Assembly: GCA_951406725.2 (NCBI GenBank)
Contig: OX597814.1
Location: 166,036,001-166,100,000, forward strand
Direction of reading: 5' to 3'
DNA from: Octopus vulgaris
Taxonomy: Eukaryota
Length of the DNA: 64,000 nt
In this document: in pieces, positions 28,439 through 42,026 of the stretch
How the letters are laid out: every line of letters starts with the position of its first letter
Numbering within the stretch: position 1 is the stretch's first letter
The notes under the pieces: generated by a model
Database searches by the model: none
The model's input: the letters and a program-made list of their open reading frames with translations, nothing else
Told to the model about the DNA's origin: nothing
Made by a program: the position numbers and the translations under genes

Positions 28439-31400
28439 TCACTGCCTGGAATCGAACTCGGAATCTTGTGGTGAGTAGCTTGCACTCTTAACCACTACGC
28501 CATATGCCCATGGGCATATGGTGTAGTGGTTAAGAGTTCGATTCCAGGCAATGACCTGAATAATAATAATAATAATAATGACATCGAAAAATACATTAGG
28601 AATGAAAACTCAGGTTCGAAATTTCCCCAAGACACCTGATGAAGGCTGGAGGGTATATCAACCAAAACATTGTGTTAACAACGAATAAGATGAGGACAAA
28701 TTAATGTAAATCATCATCATCATCATCGTTTAACGTCTGCTTTCCATGCTTCCTATTTCTGATTCAATAAAAAGAAATATATTAGCACAAAACTGGTAAT
28801 ATATAACAGTTTCATGGAACATTTCTTAAAAATTATTTTTAGTCAATTTTTTAACTCAGCAGGCATGCAAAAATATCTATTCTATATGCTCTCTATGCAT
28901 GGCCTCACATTTATAAAGAAACAATGGCAAGATTTGCAAAGGCAAGAGAGAAACACACATGTATGATAAGACAGCAGTAGGGTATTAATGCTATTAGTTA
29001 ATGTATGCAAGGGAGGTTGCTGCACTTGGAAGAACATGTGAGAAACAGCATTGTATGATATCAACAAAAGGTATCCATAGTAGAGAATGATCAAAAAAGC
29101 ATGGGAAGAAGTGATGAAGCCTGATCAGGATGCTGGATCTTTCAAACAAAGTAATATAGGACCAAGGCCACACAGGTAACTCTTCCATCATGAAAGGATG
29201 AGTACTGTGCATGGGAAAATGAATGTAAGCATGGAAAAAATGAAGGTACATACTATAAAAAAATAAAGGAATATCAAGACAAATTTAAGCTTTATATAGA
29301 AAATTATGACATGTCAATAATAATGATAATAAGCTCCTGCACAGAGTTTGTCTTTTAGGGACAGCAAGGATTAGCAGGACGGTTCTAAGCACTTGGGAGA
29401 GAGGTGAAAACTTGTGGATACCTAAGGTTACTTGTAGTAACCCGCTACCCACATAAATCCTACCAGGAAAAAGATAGAACCTGAGCCAAACCAAAATAAT
29501 AATAACTAGCTGGACTTGTTAAGAATTCACAGAAAACATGAAAAATGTAAGCATCTGTAAACAGTGTACTGGTACCATGAGAATTGTTTGCATATCATGA
29601 CTGTCTGTCTTTACTTTCTCAGCTCAAATTCTGCTGAGGTCGACTTCACCTTTCATCCTTTCAGGGTCGATAAATTAAGTTGTGTACTGGCCCCCTTCCC
29701 CACAAAAATTTCAAGCCTAGAAAAGTATATTGTGACATTTACAGAATATAGAAAGTAATGTAATACCAATGACTATATAATCCAACCAAAATATCTCAGT
29801 TACATAAGCAGAATTACTATTCAATCTTAAAATACATCATACATATTTAAAGAACCTTCTTGGTTTAGAGGTATGGAACGTTTTCCTAGTATTCTTTCAT
29901 TCTTTTACCTGTTTCAGTCATTCGACGGTGGCCATGCTGGAGCACCACCCTTTAGTCGAAGAAAATGATCCCTGGACTTATTCCCTGTAAGCCTGGTGCT
30001 TATTCTATCAGTCTCTTCTGCTGAACAGCTAAATTATAGGGATGCAAACACACCAACATCGGTTGTCAAGCGGTGGTGGTGGTGGGACAAACACACACAC
30101 AAACACACACACACATATGATGGGCTTGGAGGTAGTGGTGATGCTGGCTGGTGCAATTTTGTGGTTTGCTAGTATGCTGAGAGAGAGCCAGTGGGCCCCT
30201 AACTGGTTCCCTGATCTTAAAGGTGTAATGTGGCTGTGTAATGATGGAGCGGCTGGTGTGGTGGTCTTCCTCAAAGTACTTCATGGTAGACAATATTTTG
30301 TGTGTACATCACACCATGCTTTTGGCCTTGTCTGTTATCCCAATTGAGTGTCATAATTTGTGCTCTTGAAAATGCAACATATAATTGGCCATTAGAAAAT
30401 ACCGGTTGAGGCAAATGTATTCCAATTTTTTCAAATGTTTGCTCTTGAGCCTTATTAATTGTCATTGAATATGCAAGTCGAAGTGGAAACTGAAGTCTGT
30501 TTAGTGTGAATGGGATATTTGCATCACTTGGGCTAAGTTTAATAATGGGAATTAGAACTGTACAACCTCTGTTGGAGCCTGATACCAATGATGCCTCTAC
30601 ACAATGTTCATGAAGTCTTTGCACTTTCATGCGAGTTCCATTACATAATCCTTAACTGATCGAAAGATTTCTTAGCAGCATTACAATAGCCTCTACTTTT
30701 AAGTTGAAGCGATGAAGAAGTATACTGGATGGACTGAGTGAGTTTATGAATTCAAATGGATAGTTCTGAACCTCCTCTTCATTGTTACAGGACACTGAAT
30801 CTGTGCTTAAGTACATTTTAAGTGCTTCTGGTAAAATATCAAAAACTTTTTCATTTATTGTGAGACAGTCAGAATTTTTAGGAGATAAAATTACTCATTT
30901 TTCCATTTCTTCTAGCGTGCAGTTGTTGAAAATTTCTGAGTACAAATTGAAATGCAAAAGAATGAAATAACATGGATTTATGAATGAAAGTTAGGTAATT
31001 GTGTTTATTTCCACCACACAACATTTATTATTGCAAACATGTTTTAACTAACCTATACTTTAAACATAAACACAAATACATTCATATATATATATATATA
31101 TATATATCGAGTTGTAGCTGTAATTCAAAGAGGCCAGCCTTGTAATATTCTGTGTGATGCTGAATCTCCCTGAGAACTACGTTAATGTTATGCATGTCTG
31201 TGGAATACTCAGCCATTTGAGAGTTCATTTTATCCTCATGTTGTAATGAAAAGTGAAATTGACAGATAATATTTGCTGTATCTATGTATCTATGAACTTT
31301 TCTTTGGATTTATGCATCTACTCTCTTTCACTTCCTCCCTTTCTCTTTCACTTCCTTTGTATCCTTCTTCTCTCCCGCTTTTGATTTAACAATGTGTATA

Positions 31401-34400
31401 TGTGTCTATGTATCTACTTCTCTTGTGATGTGATAAACATTTAAAAACACAAAACGAACACCGTCACCACTCACTGTCTCTTTCACTCTCTTTCTCTCTC
31501 ATTTTTTCTCTCTCTCTCACTCTCTTTCTTTCTCTCTTATGTCCTCTCTGAAACATTTAAAAACACAAAACGAATGCCGTCACCACTCACTGTCTCTCTT
31601 TCTCTCTCTCTCTCTCTCTTTCTTTCTTACTTCCTCTGTCCTCCTCTCTCTCACTTTGCCACTTCTTTGAAGTGTGACGCACACAACAGGTACGTAGAAA
31701 AACAAAATGATAGCATATTAATATTATTGATAATATTGTTTTGAGTCAAAAGTTTTGCAATATTTTAGTAACTTATTTGCTTTATCAAATTACAACTAAA
31801 GCAGCCTAGCATTCAAAGAAACCATCATGTTGCACCATCTGAAGCCACCTTTCTGCCAGTTCTTTGATCACACACTGATATCAGTTCTTGTCCTTTGAAG
31901 TGAAGAACTCTTTCACTGAAGCTTACACCTCGTCTTGGTTGATGAAGCATCACAAGTGCAGGAGCTATGGATCAGAACAAGTAATAATCTGAGGGAGACA
32001 TTTTTCTGCAATCCTAACATGTGTAAGCAGTTGTTAAGCAAGGGCCAGCTTCCAGAATCTGTCGCCAAACATAGGCATTTAAAAATAAGGTGATGCTCTG
32101 CATTTGGTTGAATCATCATCATCATCATCATCGTTTAATGTCCACCTTCCATGCTAGCATGGGTTGGACGATTTGACTGAGGACTGGCAAACCAGATGGC
32201 TGCACCAGGCTCCAATCTTGATCTGGCAGAGTTTCTACAGCTGGATGCCCTTCTAACGCCAACCACTCCGAGAGTGTAGTGGGTGATTTTACATGCCACC
32301 GGCACAAGGGCCAGTCTGGTGGTACTGGCAACAGCCACAAACAAAAAGAAAAAATTATGAGGGGGATAATTCACTATGAGTTTGTTCCAGATGCTTATGC
32401 CATTAATGCCAGCCTGTAATCCAAACAGCTGAAGTGGATGTATGCCATTGTGTAGCCAAAATATTTGGCATTGGTTAAGACAACGCAAGACCTCATACTG
32501 CTCAAATAGTTCAGAATAAACTCCAAGAACTTGAGGGAATCGAGCTGATGCCACACCCAGCTAACAGTCCAGACCTAGCTCCCTTGGATTATTAGTTGTT
32601 CTGATCCATGACTCACTTCCTGCGCTTACAACACTTCATCAACTAAGAGGAGGTGGAAGCTTCAGTAAGGAGTTCTTTGCCTTGAAGGACAAGAACTAGA
32701 ATCAGCATAGCAGAATGGTGAAAAGAGGGAATAATGAAAAAAAACACAGATAAAGCAAAAGGATAAAGAAAAAACATGCACATAACAGCACAAACTCTAC
32801 TAAAAAGTCAAATCAACAATAGAAAATACATCACCACCATTACCTCCACTAACAGCAACAAAGAGCAAACACACAGATGCAACAACAACGAAACCATGAG
32901 AGCAACACCAGGAGACATACACAGAAAATCTACAACAACAACAACTAGGAAAATGTCAATCAAATACACAGCTACATGTACAGCAACAACAACAAATTGG
33001 ATACACACTCAACTTTAGGCTATGTAAGAATTATTATCTTAGCACAAAACAAGGAAACTAAAGATAGTGTCAAGCACTATAAAAGTCGACAAGAACTTAA
33101 AAATGGCAAAACAGCCAATGTGCACATACAAAAAGATTAGAGAGAATTTCCAGCATCATGGCTAGAAATTACTTCTGGGCTTCCTTAAGGAGTCTTATAT
33201 GGAGATGGATACCAATATACCCAATTGCCAACAGGAGAACCACAAGGGTATGTGACCATTTCTTCTTTAGCTACTTTCCTACAATGGCAGCTCTGAGACT
33301 AGATTGTATAAATGCATGTGGACTGATGATTGTCCTGGAAGTGAGGTTGTTTGCTCAATGACATCAGGTCTCAGCAATGGATGTGATAGCCCTCAGTAAG
33401 ACCAGGATTTCTGGCATATGCACATAATTTTGCTGACTTTTAATCAATATGGAATGGGAGAGGGAACAAAATGATGGTGCTGTTCTGAAAAGGACCCATA
33501 TGGCAAGTTGATGATCCTGGATATAAATAACAGGAAAGTGGGGTGGCTTCAAACTAGAAGCCATCTACAACCCAACAGGGGTGAGAGTGCTTCCTTCAGG
33601 TGTCAGGTTTTTCTGAGAATATCCTACTCTTTAATACGAGTGGGCAATTGGAATGTTATCTTGGATGCAATAATTAACAGGAGAGGGGTGCAAAAGCCTT
33701 GCAAACCTACTCAGGTGCAGAGTGTAATATAAGAGAAATCTTATGGTTATTTCTTGCTAAAAACCACAGAGATGCTCCCTCATTGAATCACAGAAGAAAG
33801 GTTTTACCAGAGTTGTAGACAGAAAATAATAATAATAATAATAAGAAGAAGAAGAATAATCTAAAAACAGAAATGGAATCTAAAAACAGAAACAATTCCT
33901 ATCATAGTAGGTGCCTTAGGCATGATAAAAAATTATTCAGACAAATACATAACAAAAACACCAGGACTTACAAACACATATAACATACAGAAAATTGCAC
34001 TACTAGGCACTGCACACATCCTACGCAGAACACTTTCAATACAATAACCATCAGAGCATCACAACAAATCACAGCACATACCCAAGGCACACAGAGCTGC
34101 GCTCGGTAGTGAAGTGAATGCACGCTATAAAAATAAAACTACTGAATAATAATAATAATAATATGTTTCTCAGCCTATAAAGAACTTTTGGAGGTCCAGT
34201 GCTTAAACCGCTTAAAAACTAATTCAATGATATTAAGCAAATAAATGATAAAGCTACTCTATGATAGACAACATTCTTGAAGATATGGTATTTGCCACAG
34301 ACAGGCAGATACAACAACTGAAGCTTTGTATAATTAAGTCTAATATCTAGGGAACAACAACATTCCTACAGAGATTATGTAAACTAGCAAAAAAAGAGAT

Positions 34401-37337
34401 ACATATTCTTAGATATTTCATCTCTACATAGAGAAATTGTAGCATAAAGTAGATAAAACAGAGGAAGACATAACTGGGTAAAAAAAAAGCAAATAACCAA
34501 AGGCATAGCATTATATTTTTTTCAGTTTTTCTTGACATGATTAAAATGCACAAGCTTTTAAGAGTCATCATGAACATCAACATTATTGGGGTGAAGAGCA
34601 ACATTAATCCTAGAATACCTAAGTTGTCAATGTGAAGAAAAAATTCATTTATCTTTTTAAGTTAAGCAAAAAAGTATGAAATATGTTTGATTAAAAATAA
34701 TTAAATTTTTTCATACTCGCATATAAGTTAAATGTCAATAATTCTGCAATGGCATTCAGATACAGGGTGTCTCAAAAGGCACTGATGAGTTTCAATTATT
34801 AATAACTTCCTTAACTTTACAAATAGATGCATGAAATTTTGATACAATATAAACAACATAATGGAAATTAATATGCACAATTCAAGTTTTGCAACACCAA
34901 TACATCACATATGAAAAATGACATCGCTTAAATGGTAGCCATTTTCAGCTTTGCATGCCCACCCTCTTTCCAAAACTAGCACCATAACACTCTCAAGAAT
35001 TTCAGACCCCCACTTCTCTGATTTCTCTATTGATGTTCGCCTTCAGTTGCACCAGGGTCTCTGGTTTGTTGATATAAACCTTCTCTTTCAGATATCTCCA
35101 CAAGAAAAATCCGGGCTAGTCAAGTTTGGGTAACGTGAAAGCCATTCAAAGTAAACCTCACACGATTCCAGCAAGATGAGGCAACTGCTCATACCACAAG
35201 AGGAACAATGCAGTTGCTATGGCAGTGCTTTGGGGAGAGAATAATCTCCTACAACAGCAATGTCAACTGGTCTTCATGTTCCCTAGACTTGACTAGTCTG
35301 GATTTTTTCTTGTGGGGATTCCTAGAAGAGAGGGTTTACGTCAACAAACTGGAGACCCTGGTGTGACTGAATGGGAACATCAATAGAGAAATCAGGGAAG
35401 TGGGGTCTGAAACTCTTGAGGATGTTATAGTGCAAGTTTTGGAAAGAGTATGGGCATGTGAAGCCAAAAATGGCTGCCATTTAAGTGATGTCATTTTTCC
35501 TATCTGATATAGTGGTGTTGCAAAATTTGAATTGCACATATTAATTTCCATTATGTCCTTTATATTGTATCAAAATTTCATGCATTTATTTGTAAAGTTA
35601 AAGAAGTTATTAAAAATTGACACCCATCAGTGACTTTTGGGACACCCTGTATTATAATTGCCTTAATGGAAAGATGGCATTCAAGTAATTATAATTCAAA
35701 TAAAAAATCTTTAAAGCTTGTCGTATATGTCATTTTTCTTCCTATTAGAGTTTAGCATTTGAAGTATTAAGAATTATTATCAAAAAGGTGTTATAGGGTT
35801 AAAAGTATATATATAAAGAACCTGGGTATCTATAAAATAAAAGCAAACACATTTAAAAAGTGATAAAAAAGAAAAAAATAGTAAGAATGCTCTAAAATGC
35901 ACTTGTACCTTATTGTTACGACCCATCTTTAATTTAAAATTAGCAACTGCCATGGCTTCTGTGACAAAGGTAACTGTCAGATAACTGGAGTAAAAGAAAA
36001 GACAGAGAAATAAATGTAGAGTTAAGGGTAAAAGAAATATGCAAGGACAACAAAATTCATAGTACGAGCAGTTTGTGTGTGTGTGTGTACAAGAAAGAGG
36101 AGAGAGAGGTAGAGAAAAAGAAAGGGGCTAAGTTGATTACAGCAACCTCAGTGCTTAACTGGCACTTATTTTATCAACTCCAAAAGCACTAGCATAGCTA
36201 GGGAAGGGGGGGGGTCATCCGCCCTAAATGGAACTTTTAATGGGGCAGAACTTTTGGGTCTGCTGTAGGCAATATGTGTTTTTTTTTGTGGGGTCTGGAT
36301 GTAGCAAATGGAAGGGCTGCCCTGGGCAGCACACACTCTAGCTATGCTAGTGCCCGAAAGAATAAAAGGCAAAGATGACCTCAGTGGAATTTGAACTCAG
36401 AACATAAAGACAGATAAAATCCCACTAAGCATTTCGTCTGGCATGGTAATGATTCTTCCAGCTCACCATCTTATTATTGGAGCAATATTCCAAGGAAATT
36501 GTGCATAGGTATGGTTGTGTGGTTTAGAAAGCTTGTTTCATAATCACAGGGATCATCATCATCATCATCATCATTTAGCGTCCGCTTTCCATGCTAGCAT
36601 GGGTTGGACGGCTCAACTGGGGTCTGGGAAGCCAGAAGGCTGCACCAGGCTCAGTCTGATCTGGCAATGTTTCTACGGCTGGATGCCCTTCCTAACGCCA
36701 ACCACTCCCTGAGTGTAGTGGGTGTTTTTTACGTGCCAGACGAGGCTGGCAAACGGCCACGATCGGTTGGTGCTTTTTAAAAGGCCACTGGCACGGGGGC
36801 CAGGCAAGACTGGTAATGGCCACGATCGGATGGTGCTTTTTACGTGCCACCGGCACGGAGGCCCGACGGGGCAGTGCTGGCAACAGCCACGTTCGGATGG
36901 CTCGCTTACGTGCTACTGGCACTGGTATCACAGCTACAATTTCCATTGATGTTGATCGATTTCGATTTTGATCTATTTGTATTCTAGTGCATGGAACCTT
37001 AGATAAGTATTTTCTACCATTGTCTTGGATTGATCAATAACTTGTAGAATGGAATTTGGTAATGAGAAACTGCTCACCAATATGTGTGTGTGTGTGTATG
37101 TGTGTGTGTGTGTGTGTGTGTTTGTATTCTTTTATTCTTTTACTTGTTTCAGTCATTTGACTGTGGCCATGCTGAAGCACTGCTTTTAATTGAACACATT
37201 GACCCTAGGACTTATTCTTTGTGAGCCTAGTATTTATTCTATCGGACATTTTTGCCTAACAGCTAAGTTACAGGGATGTAAACACACCAGCATGTGTTGC
37301 CAAGCGATGGTGGGGGAAGACAAACACAGACACACAA

Positions 37338-37381
<44 letters not shown>

Positions 37382-40300
37382 TCATCATCATCATTTAATG
37401 TCTGCTTTCCATTCTGGCATGGGTTGGTTGGTTTGACTGAGGACTAGCAAGCCAGGAAGCTGCACCAAGTTCCAATCTGATCAGGCAAGGTTTCTACAGC
37501 TGGATTCTCTTCCTAACACCAACCATTTTATATCCTCTCATTAACACTGTATAGTAACATATTTAGATATATTTGATAAACACACTGAATAATTAAACCT
37601 CTGAGAACTAGTGGCAATAATGATGTAACTACTAAGTTTGATGGTTACCATGTACAAAGTTCTCTTCATATATAGATCATGATTTAGTTTTTATATTCAG
37701 TTGGAACAACTTCGTTTAGAAAGCCAATAGACTTCACTGTGATAGACTCACACTTCTCCTCAGAAACAAATCTAAAGTATCATATCTAACTTAACTGTTT
37801 ATCATTGTATTATTGCAATTTTTGTTTGTTTTTATATATATATATATTTTTTAAACAAATATTTCAAGACTTTGCAATCTACAAATAAATTTTATCTAAT
37901 TCATTGTTAAAAAACACGTTTTTAGTGATATGATGCACACACCTCCAATTAAGAGACACACACCTTCTGATAAATGATAGCACACCTACCAATCATACAA
38001 CTCTTGACTTGTGTGTAACCTGATTATACAGTTGTTCTAAAATACAACTTAGATCATTATAAACAATCATCGATTAATAATTATTTATATCATGCTTACA
38101 ACTTTTTGTTTTACAGAGCAACTTTGGTTCTTGACCATCATTTGTTTAGAAAGTCGATTCTAAAACCGAATAATCTTTTTCCCATTACAGTTAATATAAA
38201 AGAGATTAATTCATTTCCAAGCACCAGATGAATGCTTATTTACATGCTTACACTATATATTTTAGTATAAAAACGTTTATTCAAACTGTAAATAACACAC
38301 AAAAGTGTTTCTTAGAAGGGGAGTCCCCTTCCGGTAACTGTCTTTCAAGGGTTTCTTCCCTCCTCTGTCTCTTTGGCTCAGGTAAATCTTTTTCTGGGGT
38401 TTCTTTTCTTTTTTCTTTCAATAAAAACCTGTCCAATGTTAGTTGTTTTTGCCTGTGTTGTAAAATTTTTCTAAAATGAGACATGACATTGTCATTGAAA
38501 GGTTTACTGCTCAGGGTGACATTTTCCCACAAAACTTTGTACATCACCCCATTTAGCACAAGTTTCTTTCCTACCTTCTCCTCAGAAGACATTTCCTTAG
38601 CCAAAAACTTTTGCTGTTCATTTTGAAGGTATATGTGCTCATCGGTGGTAAGCTCAGTATGGTGATCTCCACCAGCTCTTCAATATCTTCACTGTCGACA
38701 TCCAAGCCTATAGTTTTTCCCATAGAGACAATATCATCAACAATAACAATTTCCTTGACAGCAGCAGTACTTGTAGCTGTCTCAAATCCTCAAAGTCTTG
38801 TTCTTGTACACAGTCTGGCCAAAGTTTCCTCCATGCTGAATTCATGGTTCTGTAACTCACTTGGTTCCATGCATTATCAATAAGATTAACATAATTTAAG
38901 ATACTGAAATGATTTATTCCAAAATTCTCTGAGAATTAACTGAGTGTCATTAGTGACTTTAAAACACTTTCAAAACAGAGCTTTTGTGTAAAGTTTCTTA
39001 GAGTTTGCAATGACCTGTTGGTCCATTGGTTGTATTAGAGGAGTTGTGTTAGATGGCAGGTATCTGACCTGGAAAAATCAAACACTTCAATTAAGTTATC
39101 CTCCAAACCTGGAGGGTGAGTGGGAGTGCCCTCTAACACAAAAAGGCATTATATTGGCAAGTTTTTTCTTGCAAATATTTTTTAACATTCAGGGCAAAAA
39201 CTTCATGAATCCACTCAATAAAAAATTGTCTGGTTAGCCAAGCCTTCGCATTAACCTGTCACATAACAGACAATTTACTCTTCATAACATTGTTTCTTTT
39301 GAAAATATCTGGATTATCGGAATGGTAAACAAGCAATGGCTTGACCTTGAAATCACCACTTGCGTTGCCACATAGGAAAAGAGTGAGCCTATCTTTCATT
39401 GGCTTGTGCACTGGCAATACTTTTGCCTCCTTAGTAATATAGGTCCTATTTGGCATTCGTTTCCAAATTCTGATTTCTGATGATGGCACAAAATTGTTTC
39501 TAATCATAATATTAGAAAAGTTTATGACACAAAATGTTACAAGAATCTCCTGGTGAAACACTCTACCTTCAGGATTTATCACAAAGTAACTTACTGTAGT
39601 GGAATATTTGTGAGTGATTGTTTCCTAACACACTCTTAACTATAGTCTCTTTCAACTCTAAATTTAAAAACTGGCACTGACTAAAGATCCATTATCATTC
39701 TACACCCTCTTTCTCCTTTATATAGGTAATTTATACAGAAACTTTGTGCATTTTTTTTTTATTCACTAATGTTAAATTTCATGTCAGTAAACATATTTAA
39801 ACTGTAAGATATACACTTTGAAGATTAATTTAACAGAAAATATATTTCAAAATATAAAAAGAAGGATCATTCATTCTACTCACCTAATGAATGCTAGTAT
39901 AACAAGGAAGATGATACTCAGCAGCCAACCAGCACTGTGGAAAGACTTAGGCATTGCAAGAGCTCCAGTACCAACGATCAGGTTAAAAACGTATATTAGT
40001 CCCAACTGAAATATATAAATGGACAAAATTAGACGATTATAAAGAGTGAAATAAAATAAAATTTTTAAAAATAGGATATCAATTAAATTATTACTGATTT
40101 CGAATGAAATATGATCTTCAGTTGTTGGGTCTCACAGGGGCAATGACAAGTGACTGAGACTTCTGGCAATTTACTGTGCTTGAGAAGACATGTGAAGCTA
40201 AGTGAAACTGTGTTGGCCAGTACCAGTTACATGTAAAAGGCATTTGTGCTGGTGACACAAAAAAGGCACCCATGCTGGTGACAAGTAAAGGACACCCAAT

Positions 40301-41983
40301 GCACTCTATAGATATATATCATCATCGTCATTAACTTCCATTCACCATACTGATATAGGTTGCATGGTTGGATAGGAGTTGGCAAGCCAGAGGACTGCAC
40401 CAGAGTCAACTGTCTGCTTAGGCAAGATTTCTACAGCTGGATGCCCTTTCTAACAGCAACTGCTTTACAAAATGTACTGGGTGCATTTTTATGTGACACC
40501 AGTATTAGTGAGGTCATCAAGTATTTTGTATGACAAAAACCCCTCAATTGAGAAGGGGAATAGTATTGAGAGAGATGGCTTTGTGCCAAATGATGAGAGG
40601 TTAAACTACGATAAAGAGACAGAAACAGATGTCTTGCTGTAGTGGAGATACAAGGTTATCCCAGTTGGAGAGAGAGAGAGAGAGAGAGAGAAAAGATAGT
40701 GGTGAAGATGTGTCATTGAAGATGCACCCCAGAGCATCTGCAAAATGTATCTTAAAAACTCTTAAAACTAAAACTATATATATTGGTGCCACATATAAGG
40801 CTCTCATGCTGGTAGCATGTTAAAAGCACTGGTGATGGTGTCATATAAAAAGCACCCAGTATACTCTGAGGAGTGGTTGGCATTAGGAAGGGTATCTAGC
40901 CATAGAAACCATGCCAGAACAGTCAAACCATCCAACCTATGTCTACATGGAAAATGGATGTTAAATAATAATGATCATGATGATGTGTGTGTGCATGTAT
41001 GTATGTGGGTATGTGAGTGCATGTATGTATGTGTGTATGTGTATGCATACGTATATTGAGAGATATAAATACACACACACATATATTGGGTCATTCCATA
41101 AATAATGCAGTTTTTTCAGTTGCATGAACTAAAAGTCAGAGGGGAATGGGATAAACTACCTGCATCAGCTTGCTATAAAAGCAGGTAATAATTTTACCTT
41201 TTTATTCTTAGTACAAGCTTTGAAGGGTGCAGTTCGATTTTAAGTTATTTTTTCAAAGCTATAATGGAAGTGACTAAGGAGCATATTCAGCATATTTTGC
41301 TTTATGAGTTCAATAAAGGCAACAATGCAATGAAAAGTGTGAGGAATATTAATGCAGTATATGGGGATCAGACAGTAAGTGTAAACCAGTGTCAACAGTG
41401 GTTCCAGAAATTCTGAGCTGGAAACTACAGCGTAGAAGATGAGCCTCATCCTGGAAGATGTGCAGAGTTCGATGAGGATGTCCTGCAAACCCTGTGGAAC
41501 AAAATCCCATCATAACTGTTGAAGAACTAACAGAGAAGCTTGGATTTGGTCATTCAACCATTTATTGACACCTGTGTGCCATCAGAAAATCCAGCAAATT
41601 GGGTCACTGGGTTCCATCAGAAAGGTCAGCAAATTGGGTCACTGTGTATGATTAGACTTGGAAAGTCTAATCATACATAGAGAGTGAATGTGTGCTCTTC
41701 TTTGCTGTCACATCTTACAAATGAACTGTTTTTGGACCAGGAAGTGACTGGTGATGAGAAATGGGTTCTCTATAAAAATGTCAAGCACCAAGATAAGTGG
41801 GTGAGGAAAGGAGAAACACCAGCATCCAAAGCTAAAGAACATCGTTACCAAAATAAGGTGTTGTTATCTGGTTGGTGGAATATGAAAGGTTTAGTGAAGA
41901 TGGCTTCCTTCATTTTCCATCTTTCCAATCACAAGGATTTGGTTGGCCAAAGGCTATAGTAGAAGACACTTGCCCAAGGTGCC

Positions 41984-42026
<43 letters not shown>

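Larger units (their letters stand above)
28269..28711. mobile_element. Head-to-head palindrome of a tRNA-headed, hammerhead-tailed short retroelement
   Basis: Loopless centre gccca|tgggc at 28510/28511. Unit = A box TGGCGTAGTGG (28502-28492), B box GTTCGATTCC (28457-28448), (AAT)n, then hammerhead. The right arm lacks 28 nt between gagt microhomologies. Confidence 0.75.

Noticed and set aside
28436-28510. Functional tRNA gene
   Set aside because: A and B boxes are present, but the acceptor and anticodon stems pair poorly and it is fused to repeat sequence. Treated as a SINE head.
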